Source of the DNA: an uncultured Bacteroidales bacterium
GTDB lineage: Bacteria > Bacteroidota > Bacteroidia > Bacteroidales > UBA10428
Assembly (NCBI GenBank): GCA_964390385.1
Contig: CAYMJH010000005.1
Coordinates: 1-44,043 of the forward strand
DNA length: 44,043 nt
Reading direction: 5' to 3'
This document shows positions 35,858 to 44,043 of the stretch, in pieces; the stretch's first letter is position 1, and each line of letters opens with the position of its first letter. A model generated the notes under the pieces. That model had not been told where the DNA came from. It ran no database searches and worked only from the letters and a program-made list of their open reading frames with translations. The translations under genes and the position numbers were made by a program.

Positions 35858-36476
35858 CTTTCTGACCCAAAGAGACCTTGATTTCTGCATCCGGGGGAAG
35901 AAAGATGTCCACCCGCGATCCGAATTTTATAAAACCGAGCTCATCCCCCTGTATTACCTGCATACCGTCTTTTGCATAGGGAACAATGCGCCTTGCCACG
36001 GCTCCGGCGATTTGCCTCACCAGGATTTCCTGGCCTTTTACATTACGGATGACCACGGTGGCTCTTTCATTCAGCTCCGATGATTTGGGATGCCAGGCCA
36101 CCAGGTATTTCCCGGGATGATATTTGAAATAATTCACCTGGCCGCTCACCGGAAAACGGTTCAGGTGAACGTTAAGCGGCGACATAAATATGGAGATCTG
36201 CCATCGTTCATCCCTGAAGTATTCCTTTTCAATGGTTTTTTCTATGACCACCACCTTACCGTCGGCCGGGCAGAGAATGCCGGTTTCATCAGGGGCAACA
36301 GGGCGCGATGGGTTCCTGAAGAACCAGACGATCAGCAAAAAGACCGGAATGGTGACAAAGGCCGTGATGATCTCAGTCCAGACACTGCGCGATATTTCAG
36401 CAATGATGAAGTTGATCACAATGACGGCTGCCAATGCGATAACCAATGTCATAAGTCCTTCTTTGTGAATGTTCAT
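35820..36476 (-). CDS. psd: phosphatidylserine decarboxylase proenzyme (short type)
   Basis: FFRNPSRP...LNVHLNRFPVSG...FIKFGSRVDIFLP (G-S self-cleavage site). ATG at 36476. Confidence 0.9.
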   Translation of the reverse strand: MNIHKEGLMTLVIALAAVIVINFIIAEISRSVWTEIITAFVTIPVFLLIVWFFRNPSRPVAPDETGILCPADGKVVVIEKTIEKEYFRDERWQISIFMSPLNVHLNRFPVSGQVNYFKYHPGKYLVAWHPKSSELNERATVVIRNVKGQEILVRQIAGAVARRIVPYAKDGMQVIQGDELGFIKFGSRVDIFLPPDAEIKVSLGQKVKGNVDWIGKWK

Positions 36477-36487
36477 ACGGGCAGGTT

Positions 36488-37315
36488 TTAAAAAATGGCC
36501 GATTTGAGCATCAGGTATGCACATGAGGCCGGAATGACAAACAGAAGGGAATCCATTCTGTCGAGTATGCCTCCGTGACCCGGTAGCAGGGTACCGGAGT
36601 CTTTTGCTCCCATGTTTCGTTTCAGCAGGGATTCGAACAGGTCACCATAGACTCCGAAGATGGAAACGATACTACTGAGTATGATCCAGTCTGTACGGTT
36701 AAGAAATGGCGTAAAATGATGCAGGAACAGGCCCAGTGTAATGGTAAAAGCAGTTCCGCCGGCAGCACCTTCCCAGGATTTCTTAGGGGAAATGCGCTCA
36801 AACAGCCGATGTTTGCCGAACAGCATGCCCACGACATAAGCTCCCGTATCATTGAGCCAGATAAGGGTCAGCAGTCCCAGCAGGATTCCTGGCGTATAGT
36901 GATGGCCATTAGCTTCAGGGAAGGCCAGGCAGACGGAAAGGGCATAGGGCACGGCAATATAAAGCCATCCCAGTGCCAGTAAAGCGGATGAAACCAGCGG
37001 ATGATCCGTGTTTCGGTATATTTCAATGATAAAAACGGCCAGTATGACAGGGATCATCAGTGTCATGAATGCGGGATCTGTCGTTCCTGAAAAAACCAGG
37101 AAGCCGAGTAAAAAGATCAGTCCGCCTGTAATCATGCCGGCACCCTGTTGAACGGCATAGGGGGAACCTTTGAAGAGGCGGTAGTATTCATACAGGGTCA
37201 GCAGTGTAAGGCCCAGAAACAGGATGCCGAAGAAATATTTCCCGGCCAGGATGGAACCTGCCATGAGCACAATGTACCCGATGCCGGTAAGCAATCGCTG
37301 ATAAAAATTATTCAA
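36488..37315 (-). CDS. cdsA: phosphatidate cytidylyltransferase
   Basis: SPKKSWEGAAGG...GDLFESLLKRNMGAKDSGTLLPGHGGILDRMDS signature. Confidence 0.93.
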   Translation of the reverse strand: MNNFYQRLLTGIGYIVLMAGSILAGKYFFGILFLGLTLLTLYEYYRLFKGSPYAVQQGAGMITGGLIFLLGFLVFSGTTDPAFMTLMIPVILAVFIIEIYRNTDHPLVSSALLALGWLYIAVPYALSVCLAFPEANGHHYTPGILLGLLTLIWLNDTGAYVVGMLFGKHRLFERISPKKSWEGAAGGTAFTITLGLFLHHFTPFLNRTDWIILSSIVSIFGVYGDLFESLLKRNMGAKDSGTLLPGHGGILDRMDSLLFVIPASCAYLMLKSAIF

Positions 37316-37520
37316 ATTGTGCGGATTTTAATAAATGCATGGCTTTAATCACATCATTCCTTCTGACATGGACTTCAATAAAACCGCTGGGATGAAGGTA
37401 AACCGAGTCTGTTTTATTGATGATCACGGCATCGATGCCTTCTTCACCCAGGATATCCCTTGCAAATTGTGCCCGGTAAGCATTGCCGGTGCTGAAAACC
37501 ATTATCCAGTCGTTCTCCAT
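37308..37520 (-). CDS. DUF2007-like small protein
   Basis: 70 aa. WIMVFSTGNAYRAQFARDILGEEGIDAVIINK pattern. Overlaps the cdsA start by 8 nt, indicating an operon. Confidence 0.65.
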   Translation of the reverse strand: MENDWIMVFSTGNAYRAQFARDILGEEGIDAVIINKTDSVYLHPSGFIEVHVRRNDVIKAMHLLKSAQFE

Positions 37521-37550
37521 GGAATTAACACAAAGCAGTGTACCACAGGA

Positions 37551-39644
37551 TCATGCTGACTCCTGTAGCGGCGCTGACGTTTCGTCATTTCCCGATGGTT
37601 CAGCATCGTTGTTTTTCTGGACTTTGGTCTGCTTCCGTGTCTTTTTTGGTTTTTCACCCATATCGGGTACCCTGCCGGCTTTTCTCTTGCCGAATATTTT
37701 TTCGAGGTCCTCCGTAAAGATGACTTCCTTTTCCAGCAATTGTTCTGAAAGTTTTATCAGACCTTCTTTCTGCTCCTGAAGTATACGGAGCGATCTTTTG
37801 TATTGGGCGCCTATGATCTCCTTTACCTCCTGGTCGATCAGCTCGGACGTCTTTTCACTGTAGGGTTTCTGGAATGAATATTCCGCCTGGCCGGTGGAAT
37901 CGTAGAAGCTGATATTCCCGATCTTATCGCTAAGGCCGAAATAGGTCACCATGGCATAGGCTTGTTTGGTAACCCTTTCGAGGTCATTGAGGGCCCCGGT
38001 TGAAACCTTATCAAAAATGATCTGTTCCGATGCCCTGCCGCCAAGGGTTGCGCACATATCGTCGAGCAGTTGTTCGCGGGTGGTTATCTGTCTTTCTTCG
38101 GGCAGATACCAGGCAGCGCCCAGGGATTTTCCGCGGGGGATAATGGTAACCTTAACGAGCGGATTGGCATGTTCCAAAAACCAGCTGACGGTGGCATGAC
38201 CCCCTTCGTGATAGGCGATGGTTCGTTTTTCATCAGCTGAGATGATCTTGTTTTTCTTTTCAAGACCTCCCACGATACGGTCGATGGCATCGAGGAAGTC
38301 CTGTTTCTGCACGGCCTTTTTGGTTTTTCGTGCAGCGATCAGGGCAGCTTCGTTGCAAACATTGGCAATATCCGCACCCGAGAAACCGGGCGTCTGGCGG
38401 GCCAGGAATTCGATGTCCAGGTCCTTTTCTATCTTAATGGGCCGCAGGTGGACCAAAAATATTTCCCTGCGTTCATTCAGGTCGGGGAGTTCAACATATA
38501 TCTGCCTGTCAAAACGTCCGGCACGCAGCAAAGCCTTGTCAAGAATATCGGCACGGTTGGTGGCAGCCAGTATGATCACCCCGGCATTGGAGGCGAATCC
38601 GTCCATTTCTGTCAGCAGTTGATTCAGCGTATTCTCCCTTTCATCGTTGGCTCCGAAGTTTGGATTTCTTCCCCTGGCCCTGCCAATGGCGTCGATTTCA
38701 TCGATGAAGATAATGCAGGGAGCTTTTTCCTTTGCCTGTTTGAACAGGTCACGCACCCTCGATGCCCCGACGCCCACAAACATCTCTACAAAGTCTGAGC
38801 CTGAAAGGGAAAAGAACGGGACATGGGCTTCGCCGGCCACAGCCCTCGCCAGAAGCGTCTTGCCGGTTCCCGGAGGGCCGACCAGCAGTGCACCCTTGGG
38901 GATCTTTCCCCCAAGGTCGGTATATTTCTTGGGCTTCTTGAGAAAATCAACGATTTCCTTGATTTCTATTTTTGCCTCCTCGAGACCGGCTACATCCTTA
39001 AAGTCGATTTTTACATTGGTGTCCTTGTCAAAGATCTTCGCCTTTGACTTGCCTACATTGAAGATATTGGTTCCGCTGCTGCCGGTTCCGCCTCCGCCCA
39101 TCCGGCGGAAGATCACCACATACATGATGACCAGGGCAAGCACCGGCAGAAGATACCACAGGATCTGGCCGAAAGACTGTTTATCCCTTGATATCGGATA
39201 GATCTTGCTTTCATCGGGCACGCCGGCCTGGGCTTCTTCGAGCCTTTCTTCAAATTTTTCAAGGGACAGCATTCCCTGCAGTTTGTAATGGGGTCCCAAC
39301 CGGTTCAGTGAATTGAACTTCCGGGAGGCCTGTTTCTGGTGTTTGGGCTGATCGAGATATTCAGGCTTTATATAGATTTCAACATCCCTGTTGTTGACGA
39401 CCACCACTTTTTGTACTTCACCTTTGAGCAGCAATTCGTTCTTGAAGTAATACCAGTCGATTTCCTGGGGTTGTTGGCCCGAATCAAACAAATATATCGA
39501 TATCAGGGTCATCCCGATGAGTACATAAAGCCACACGGCGTTGAACTTGGGCTTTCTGTTCCCCGAAAACGGATCACCGGGCCTGTTCTCCTTATGATTT
39601 GAATTATTACTGCCAGTTTCCTTTTTTTCGTTATTCTCTTCCAT
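37551..39644 (-). CDS. ftsH: ATP-dependent zinc metalloprotease FtsH
   Basis: [18 protein letters not shown] Walker [10 protein letters not shown] Walker B, HEGGH zinc site, two N-terminal TM segments. Confidence 0.97.
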   Translation of the reverse strand: MEENNEKKETGSNNSNHKENRPGDPFSGNRKPKFNAVWLYVLIGMTLISIYLFDSGQQPQEIDWYYFKNELLLKGEVQKVVVVNNRDVEIYIKPEYLDQPKHQKQASRKFNSLNRLGPHYKLQGMLSLEKFEERLEEAQAGVPDESKIYPISRDKQSFGQILWYLLPVLALVIMYVVIFRRMGGGGTGSSGTNIFNVGKSKAKIFDKDTNVKIDFKDVAGLEEAKIEIKEIVDFLKKPKKYTDLGGKIPKGALLVGPPGTGKTLLARAVAGEAHVPFFSLSGSDFVEMFVGVGASRVRDLFKQAKEKAPCIIFIDEIDAIGRARGRNPNFGANDERENTLNQLLTEMDGFASNAGVIILAATNRADILDKALLRAGRFDRQIYVELPDLNERREIFLVHLRPIKIEKDLDIEFLARQTPGFSGADIANVCNEAALIAARKTKKAVQKQDFLDAIDRIVGGLEKKNKIISADEKRTIAYHEGGHATVSWFLEHANPLVKVTIIPRGKSLGAAWYLPEERQITTREQLLDDMCATLGGRASEQIIFDKVSTGALNDLERVTKQAYAMVTYFGLSDKIGNISFYDSTGQAEYSFQKPYSEKTSELIDQEVKEIIGAQYKRSLRILQEQKEGLIKLSEQLLEKEVIFTEDLEKIFGKRKAGRVPDMGEKPKKTRKQTKVQKNNDAEPSGNDETSAPLQESA

Positions 39645-39662
39645 TCTTTTAGATTCTTTGTT

Positions 39663-40019
39663 TTATTCCTCTTTGATCATTGTTATATCCGCATCTCCCC
39701 ATAAATTCTCGAGCCTGTAATAATCACGTGCAGCTTTTATGAAAATATGAACCACTACCGATCCGTAATCCAGCAAAATCCACTGCGCATTCTCCGTTCC
39801 TTCACGATGCGCTAAACTGACTGTGTTTAATGCCTTTACCTTTTCTTCTACAGCGTCGGCTATGGCGTGTACCTGGGTGGTTGAATCGCCGTGGCAGATA
39901 ATGAAATTATCACAAAGGGCATATCCCAGCCGTATCAGATCAAGATTGACAATCTCTTTTCCTTTTTTGTCCAGTATCGCCTCCGTTATACAATGTACCA
40001 GTTCGATGTTATTTCCCAA
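39663..40019 (-). CDS. rsfS: ribosome silencing factor
   Basis: KKGKEIVNLDL...DNFIICHGDSTTQV.AIAD.V...W.LLDYGSVVVHIF. Confidence 0.92.
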   Translation of the reverse strand: MGNNIELVHCITEAILDKKGKEIVNLDLIRLGYALCDNFIICHGDSTTQVHAIADAVEEKVKALNTVSLAHREGTENAQWILLDYGSVVVHIFIKAARDYYRLENLWGDADITMIKEE

Positions 40020-40177
40020 ATTTATATAGTTTTACGCTGTAAAATTAATGAATTTAGCAGGAATGTGAATGATTTATTCATCTCCGCATCCGGAGAAAAA
40101 ATCCGTTAATATTTCGCCACTAAATATAGTCAATATAATACTATCAACAACAATACCAAAATACGCGGTTTACCATT

Positions 40178-40933
40178 ATGTCACCCTGGTTTACACTGGG
40201 TCATCCTTTGATAAGGCTTGATCAGACTGATTCCACCAATGCCCGTGCCCTGAAAATGATCAAGGAAGGCGGTGCAGTAGAAGGCACTGTAATTTTGGCA
40301 GATTACCAGACCGAAGGCAGGGGTCAGAAAGGCAATTCCTGGGAAAGCGAAAGCGGGAAAAACCTTTTGTTCAGTTTCATACTGATGCCTGATTTTCTGG
40401 AAGCCGGGAATCAGTTTTACCTGCTCATGAGCATCTCGCTGGGTATGGTGGATCTTTTGCTCTCCTATGGTCTGGAGGCTGTCATTAAATGGCCCAATGA
40501 TATATATGTCTGCGGCGGCAAGGCAGGCGGCATCCTGATTGAAAACTCCCTGAAGGGCAGAATCCTATCCTCCTCCGTTGTCGGAATCGGCCTTAATGTA
40601 AATCAGACATCCTTTGCAATTGCGGGAAGCCGCCCTACATCGCTGAAGATTGAACTCCAGCGGGAAATCGACAGGGAAAGGCTGTTCAGCGATGCACTGG
40701 TTCACCTCAATGGCTGGATCAGCAAACTTTACCTTAAAGAATGGCCCGTGATACGGGATCATTATCTCCGGTATCTTATGCATTATGATCAGTGGGCGAC
40801 ATATGCTGACTCTTCGGGAGATTTCCGGGGCCGGATAGCCGGTATCCTCGAAAGCGGGGAACTTGTGGTTGAAAGGCGGAACGGGGAGGTACAATCTTAC
40901 AGGTTCAAGGAAATCGAATATAGGCTGCCATAA
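40178..40933 (+). CDS. birA: biotin--[acetyl-CoA-carboxylase] ligase (no HTH domain)
   Basis: DSTN...ADYQTEGRGQKGNSWES...KWPNDIY...GIL.E pattern. Confidence 0.9.
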   Translation: MSPWFTLGHPLIRLDQTDSTNARALKMIKEGGAVEGTVILADYQTEGRGQKGNSWESESGKNLLFSFILMPDFLEAGNQFYLLMSISLGMVDLLLSYGLEAVIKWPNDIYVCGGKAGGILIENSLKGRILSSSVVGIGLNVNQTSFAIAGSRPTSLKIELQREIDRERLFSDALVHLNGWISKLYLKEWPVIRDHYLRYLMHYDQWATYADSSGDFRGRIAGILESGELVVERRNGEVQSYRFKEIEYRLP

Positions 40934-40975
40934 GACCGTTGGCAGATGCAACATCGTTTTTCGCGGCCGAGAGCA

Positions 40976-41380
40976 TCAACCATAATGGATCTTTGCCATT
41001 TCGTCAACCAGGGTATCCACGAATTTCTGCAGGGGATTTCTGGCCATGGCCTGAAGAAAGGGATTAAGGTCAGCCTGCAGGGTGAGCCTGGTTCGCGTGT
41101 CTTTTTCCTCCATCTGTTTTAACTGGATCCACAGATTGAAGGAATAAGGGCTGGCATTTCCCGAGGCCAGTTTGATGAGTTTGCAGGGTTCTTTTTCAAC
41201 CAACAGGAGTTCTATTTCACCGATGCCTGCGATACCGAGTTTACAGCGGTCTTCATGAAACTCCCATGTGGTTAGTTTTTCCTTGGGCACCAGTGATTCC
41301 AGGTTTCTCAGATCGGAGAGAAAGGAAAAAACTTTGTCTTCATTTTCCTCTATTTTTCCAACATGGCTTTCAATTTTCAT
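40976..41380 (-). CDS. SRPBCC-fold (CoxG/START-like) small protein
   Basis: 134 aa from the ATG at 41380 (MKIESHVGKIEENEDKVFSFLSDLRNLESLVP...). The fold assignment is by pattern only. Confidence 0.55.
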   Translation of the reverse strand: MKIESHVGKIEENEDKVFSFLSDLRNLESLVPKEKLTTWEFHEDRCKLGIAGIGEIELLLVEKEPCKLIKLASGNASPYSFNLWIQLKQMEEKDTRTRLTLQADLNPFLQAMARNPLQKFVDTLVDEMAKIHYG

Positions 41381-41397
41381 GTGCAGGGCTTCCCTTT

Positions 41398-42045
41398 TTA
41401 TTGTTTGTTCCTCAGGGGATCCCAGGTGTCGGGACTTTTGCGCCACTCCTGCAGGACAATGCGGGTGTCTGAACTGATATAACCGGATTCCAGTGCAATT
41501 TCGAGCAGGATTTCGTAGTTGCTGAGAGCGGAAAGGGAACAGCCTGCCCGACTGAAATTATCCATGGCGATTCTGAAGCCATAGGTAAAGACGGCCATCA
41601 TTCCCAGCACTTCGCAGCCAAAGCGGCGTAAAGCCTCGACGGCTTTGAGGCTGCTGCCTCCTGTTGATACGAGATCTTCGATCACCACCACGCGCTGGCC
41701 TTTCTTCGGATCACCCTCGATCAGGTTTTCCAGCCCGTGGCTTTTTGGCTCAGGCCTTACATAAAAGAAAGGGAGTCCCAGGGCATCAGCTACCAGCGCA
41801 CCCTGGGCAATGGCGCCGGTGGCAACACCGGCAATGGCATCTGTTGATAAATATTTTTCCTTGATAAGGCTTACAAAGCTATCTTTGATGAAATTTCGGA
41901 TCTCAGGAAATGACAGTGTTTTTCTGTTGTCACAATATATGGGTGATTTCCAGCCTGAAGCCCACACAAAAGGCTTTTCGGGACTCAATTTGACCGCCTG
42001 ACATTGCAGCAACAGTCGAGCCGTCTTTTTTTCATAGTTTTCCAT
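41398..42045 (-). CDS. pyrE: orotate phosphoribosyltransferase
   Basis: [16 protein letters not shown]...[18 protein letters not shown]-binding loop. ATG at 42045. Confidence 0.93.
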   Translation of the reverse strand: MENYEKKTARLLLQCQAVKLSPEKPFVWASGWKSPIYCDNRKTLSFPEIRNFIKDSFVSLIKEKYLSTDAIAGVATGAIAQGALVADALGLPFFYVRPEPKSHGLENLIEGDPKKGQRVVVIEDLVSTGGSSLKAVEALRRFGCEVLGMMAVFTYGFRIAMDNFSRAGCSLSALSNYEILLEIALESGYISSDTRIVLQEWRKSPDTWDPLRNKQ

Positions 42046-42052
42046 TGCACAA

Positions 42053-42673
42053 ATGTATAAAGTTTTTTTCAACGATCGGAATATCTTTTTAACTGACGAT
42101 TTTTCCAAAACCTTTCAGTTAAAATACGGGCTTTTTTACAAATTCCACAAGAAAGATGAATTGAAGGAATTGCTGGCATTTTACCGCAATCTTAAAAAGA
42201 TAGACAACCTGTTTATCTTTCATGACGACATGGAAGAACTGAGATCGGTTTTCCGCTCCTGTTTCACCAGTATCGATGCTGCAGGAGGGGTGGTGAGGAA
42301 CAGGAAAGGGCAGTTGCTGGCTATTTACCGAAGGGGCAGGTGGGATTTGCCCAAGGGAAAGCTTGACGCGGGTGAATCGTTTGAACAGGCTGCCTTGCGG
42401 GAGGTGGAAGAAGAATGTGGAATCAAAGGACTCGCCATTGTCTGCCGGCTGCTGTCGACCTATCATTCTTACCTGATTGAAGACCAGCCGGTGCTGAAAA
42501 AAACAATGTGGTTTGAAATGCTGTATAAAAACGATAAGGATCCTGTTCCGCAGGAAAAGGAAGACATTACTGACATCCGGTGGGTTAGTCCCCCTGAAGT
42601 CAGCATTGTGATGAAAGACACCTATGGGGCCATACAGGATGTGCTGAAATATGCCAACCTGATCCAGTTATAA
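42053..42673 (+). CDS. NUDIX hydrolase with N-terminal extension
   Basis: Nudix box [23 protein letters not shown]. Confidence 0.88.
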   Translation: MYKVFFNDRNIFLTDDFSKTFQLKYGLFYKFHKKDELKELLAFYRNLKKIDNLFIFHDDMEELRSVFRSCFTSIDAAGGVVRNRKGQLLAIYRRGRWDLPKGKLDAGESFEQAALREVEEECGIKGLAIVCRLLSTYHSYLIEDQPVLKKTMWFEMLYKNDKDPVPQEKEDITDIRWVSPPEVSIVMKDTYGAIQDVLKYANLIQL

Positions 42674-44043
42674 GTCACCTGCAGCCCGCATGGCCTCAAA
42701 GAGTTTTATTTCAAAGTTTTCCGAAGGGGATGGCGCAGGCGAATAGATCAGTTTGCCGTCGGGCCCGATGAGAAAATAGGTCGGGTAAGCCCTGATATCA
42801 TATTCCCTGATGATATCCGGCTGATGGCCGTAATACAGGAAAATCCAGGTATATTGATTGTCGCTTTTAAACCGGTTGAAAGTGCTTTCATGCGGATCGG
42901 TTGAAATGGTTACGACGGTGAGCCGCTGATGATGCCGTTGATGGATACCGTTAAGGAGTTCAAACTCATTGAGGCAGGTATAGCTGGAACTGGTGCAGAA
43001 ATTGATATACACATACTTGCCCCGGAGATCCGAAAGTCTGACAAGGTTGCTGTCGGCATCATAGAGCTCGAATGAAGGGGGATCATAACCCGGTTGCAGG
43101 CGGGTGATCTTATGCCGGATCTGGAGTCCGATCTCTTTATGAACAGGTATGGAGCTGGTTAAAATAAGGGAATCCAGCACGGACAACAATCCGTTCCGTG
43201 AGAATTCCATACCGTAGAATTCGTCAAACACCGATTTCAGGATCACCAGCTCACGCAGGGTATCATTGCTGATGTTGCTGTCGGTTGACATTGTCCGGAG
43301 CAAAGCGGTATAGCTGCGCGTACCGTTGATATCATCGTAGATCTTCCTCCCGGCGTCAGTGCGGGCAAAAAAAGTGAAATACTTCTCGTAAACCTGATCA
43401 AACAGCTTCATGTATGAAGGATGCGCATATAACACGGGTTGGCCTGTGAAATACTCCCGTGAAAGGCTTTTAACCTTCTGACTGTTGGCCAGCAGTTTCA
43501 ATTCACCGTAAGAATAAAACCGGTAGGTTTTAAAAAAGGCATTCGTATATTTTCTGAAATGCTTCTCAATCTGTTCAATATCCTCATCGATCCTTCCGGG
43601 TTCCGACTTACTGTAGATATTGTTAACATGCTTGTCGTAATAAGGAATATAGGCATCGTTAAACATCATGATCAGGGTATTGAGTTCGTCATCCCTGAAA
43701 TTTTCCAGGGCAAGGTGAAGTTCCACAGGTTCAAAAAAAGGATTCAGGGTCTCTTCGGGAGATTTTTCGGCTTTATCAGGCAGCACGATGCGGTATTCCC
43801 TGCCGGGCTCAATAAACAGAACCGTTTTAAAAACGCCAAGGTAGGCATGCACCTGCAGGCATTCTTGGGTTGCGATCTCCAGGCGGAAGTCACCGTTGTG
43901 AGCAATCCTGCAGCGGCTCAGCGGTTTTTCGTTTCCTGCGATATAGTCGGCAAGGGTATAAAATACCAGTTCTTCTCCGGCGTAGGAGGGAGCATTCCCG
44001 GAGATGACGACGGGTTGTGCATGCAGCAGGCAGCCTGAAAGGA
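42668..44043 (-). CDS. TlpA/redoxin-like thioredoxin-fold protein with N-terminal beta-domain; 5' end beyond window
   Basis: The frame stays open upstream of the track start (GTG at 43852) to the window edge. My translation is ..[29 protein letters not shown]... C-terminal [33 protein letters not shown]...[15 protein letters not shown] has a thioredoxin-fold pattern. Confidence 0.75.
   Translation of the reverse strand, partial: LSGCLLHAQPVVISGNAPSYAGEELVFYTLADYIAGNEKPLSRCRIAHNGDFRLEIATQECLQVHAYLGVFKTVLFIEPGREYRIVLPDKAEKSPEETLNPFFEPVELHLALENFRDDELNTLIMMFNDAYIPYYDKHVNNIYSKSEPGRIDEDIEQIEKHFRKYTNAFFKTYRFYSYGELKLLANSQKVKSLSREYFTGQPVLYAHPSYMKLFDQVYEKYFTFFARTDAGRKIYDDINGTRSYTALLRTMSTDSNISNDTLRELVILKSVFDEFYGMEFSRNGLLSVLDSLILTSSIPVHKEIGLQIRHKITRLQPGYDPPSFELYDADSNLVRLSDLRGKYVYINFCTSSSYTCLNEFELLNGIHQRHHQRLTVVTISTDPHESTFNRFKSDNQYTWIFLYYGHQPDIIREYDIRAYPTYFLIGPDGKLIYSPAPSPSENFEIKLFEAMRAAGDL

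Overview
This looks like a Bacteroidota chromosomal segment. Evidence: T9SS C-terminal sorting domains, signal peptides cleaved before Gln, and typical gene families such as a GalE-like Tdh with Kbl, a short Psd, and a HU/SPOR protein. About 35 kb (9.1-44 kb) is a housekeeping backbone of roughly 50% GC: holB, pgk, proC, cysE-cysK, an orphan response regulator, pirin, a TolB-like PD40 protein, DUF502, yraN, an LD-carboxypeptidase, metG, a HU/SPOR protein, a nucleotide-sugar block (DegT-type aminotransferase, hexapeptide acyltransferase, galE, rfbB), glmS, a short glycogen synthase, tcdA, tatD, gltX, tdh-kbl, psd-cdsA-DUF2007-ftsH-rsfS, birA, an SRPBCC protein, pyrE, a NUDIX hydrolase and a TlpA-like protein. 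The first 9.1 kb is different. An AT-rich island of about 8.2 kb, all on the plus strand, lies between the minus-strand genes holB and a PSP1/RicT-like gene. It carries two diverged paralogues of a ~300-aa T9SS cargo protein, each preceded by a much better conserved ~310-bp non-coding block with a long poly-T tract. It also carries a stand-alone NYN nuclease, an 831-aa HExxH protein without a sorting domain, and a tail-fibre/S74-chaperone protein that ends in a T9SS CTD. The second recurring signal is in the backbone: almost every gene tail is followed by an array of about four tandem 7-8 bp units (GTCACTT, GTCCCTT, GTCGACC, GAGCCAA/GATCTAA, ATTTGAAG). A 52-bp palindromic element is also fused to two gene 3' ends. 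No rRNA, tRNA, CRISPR, integrase or transposase was recognised. All calls rest on reading the translations and sequence by eye; no searches were run.
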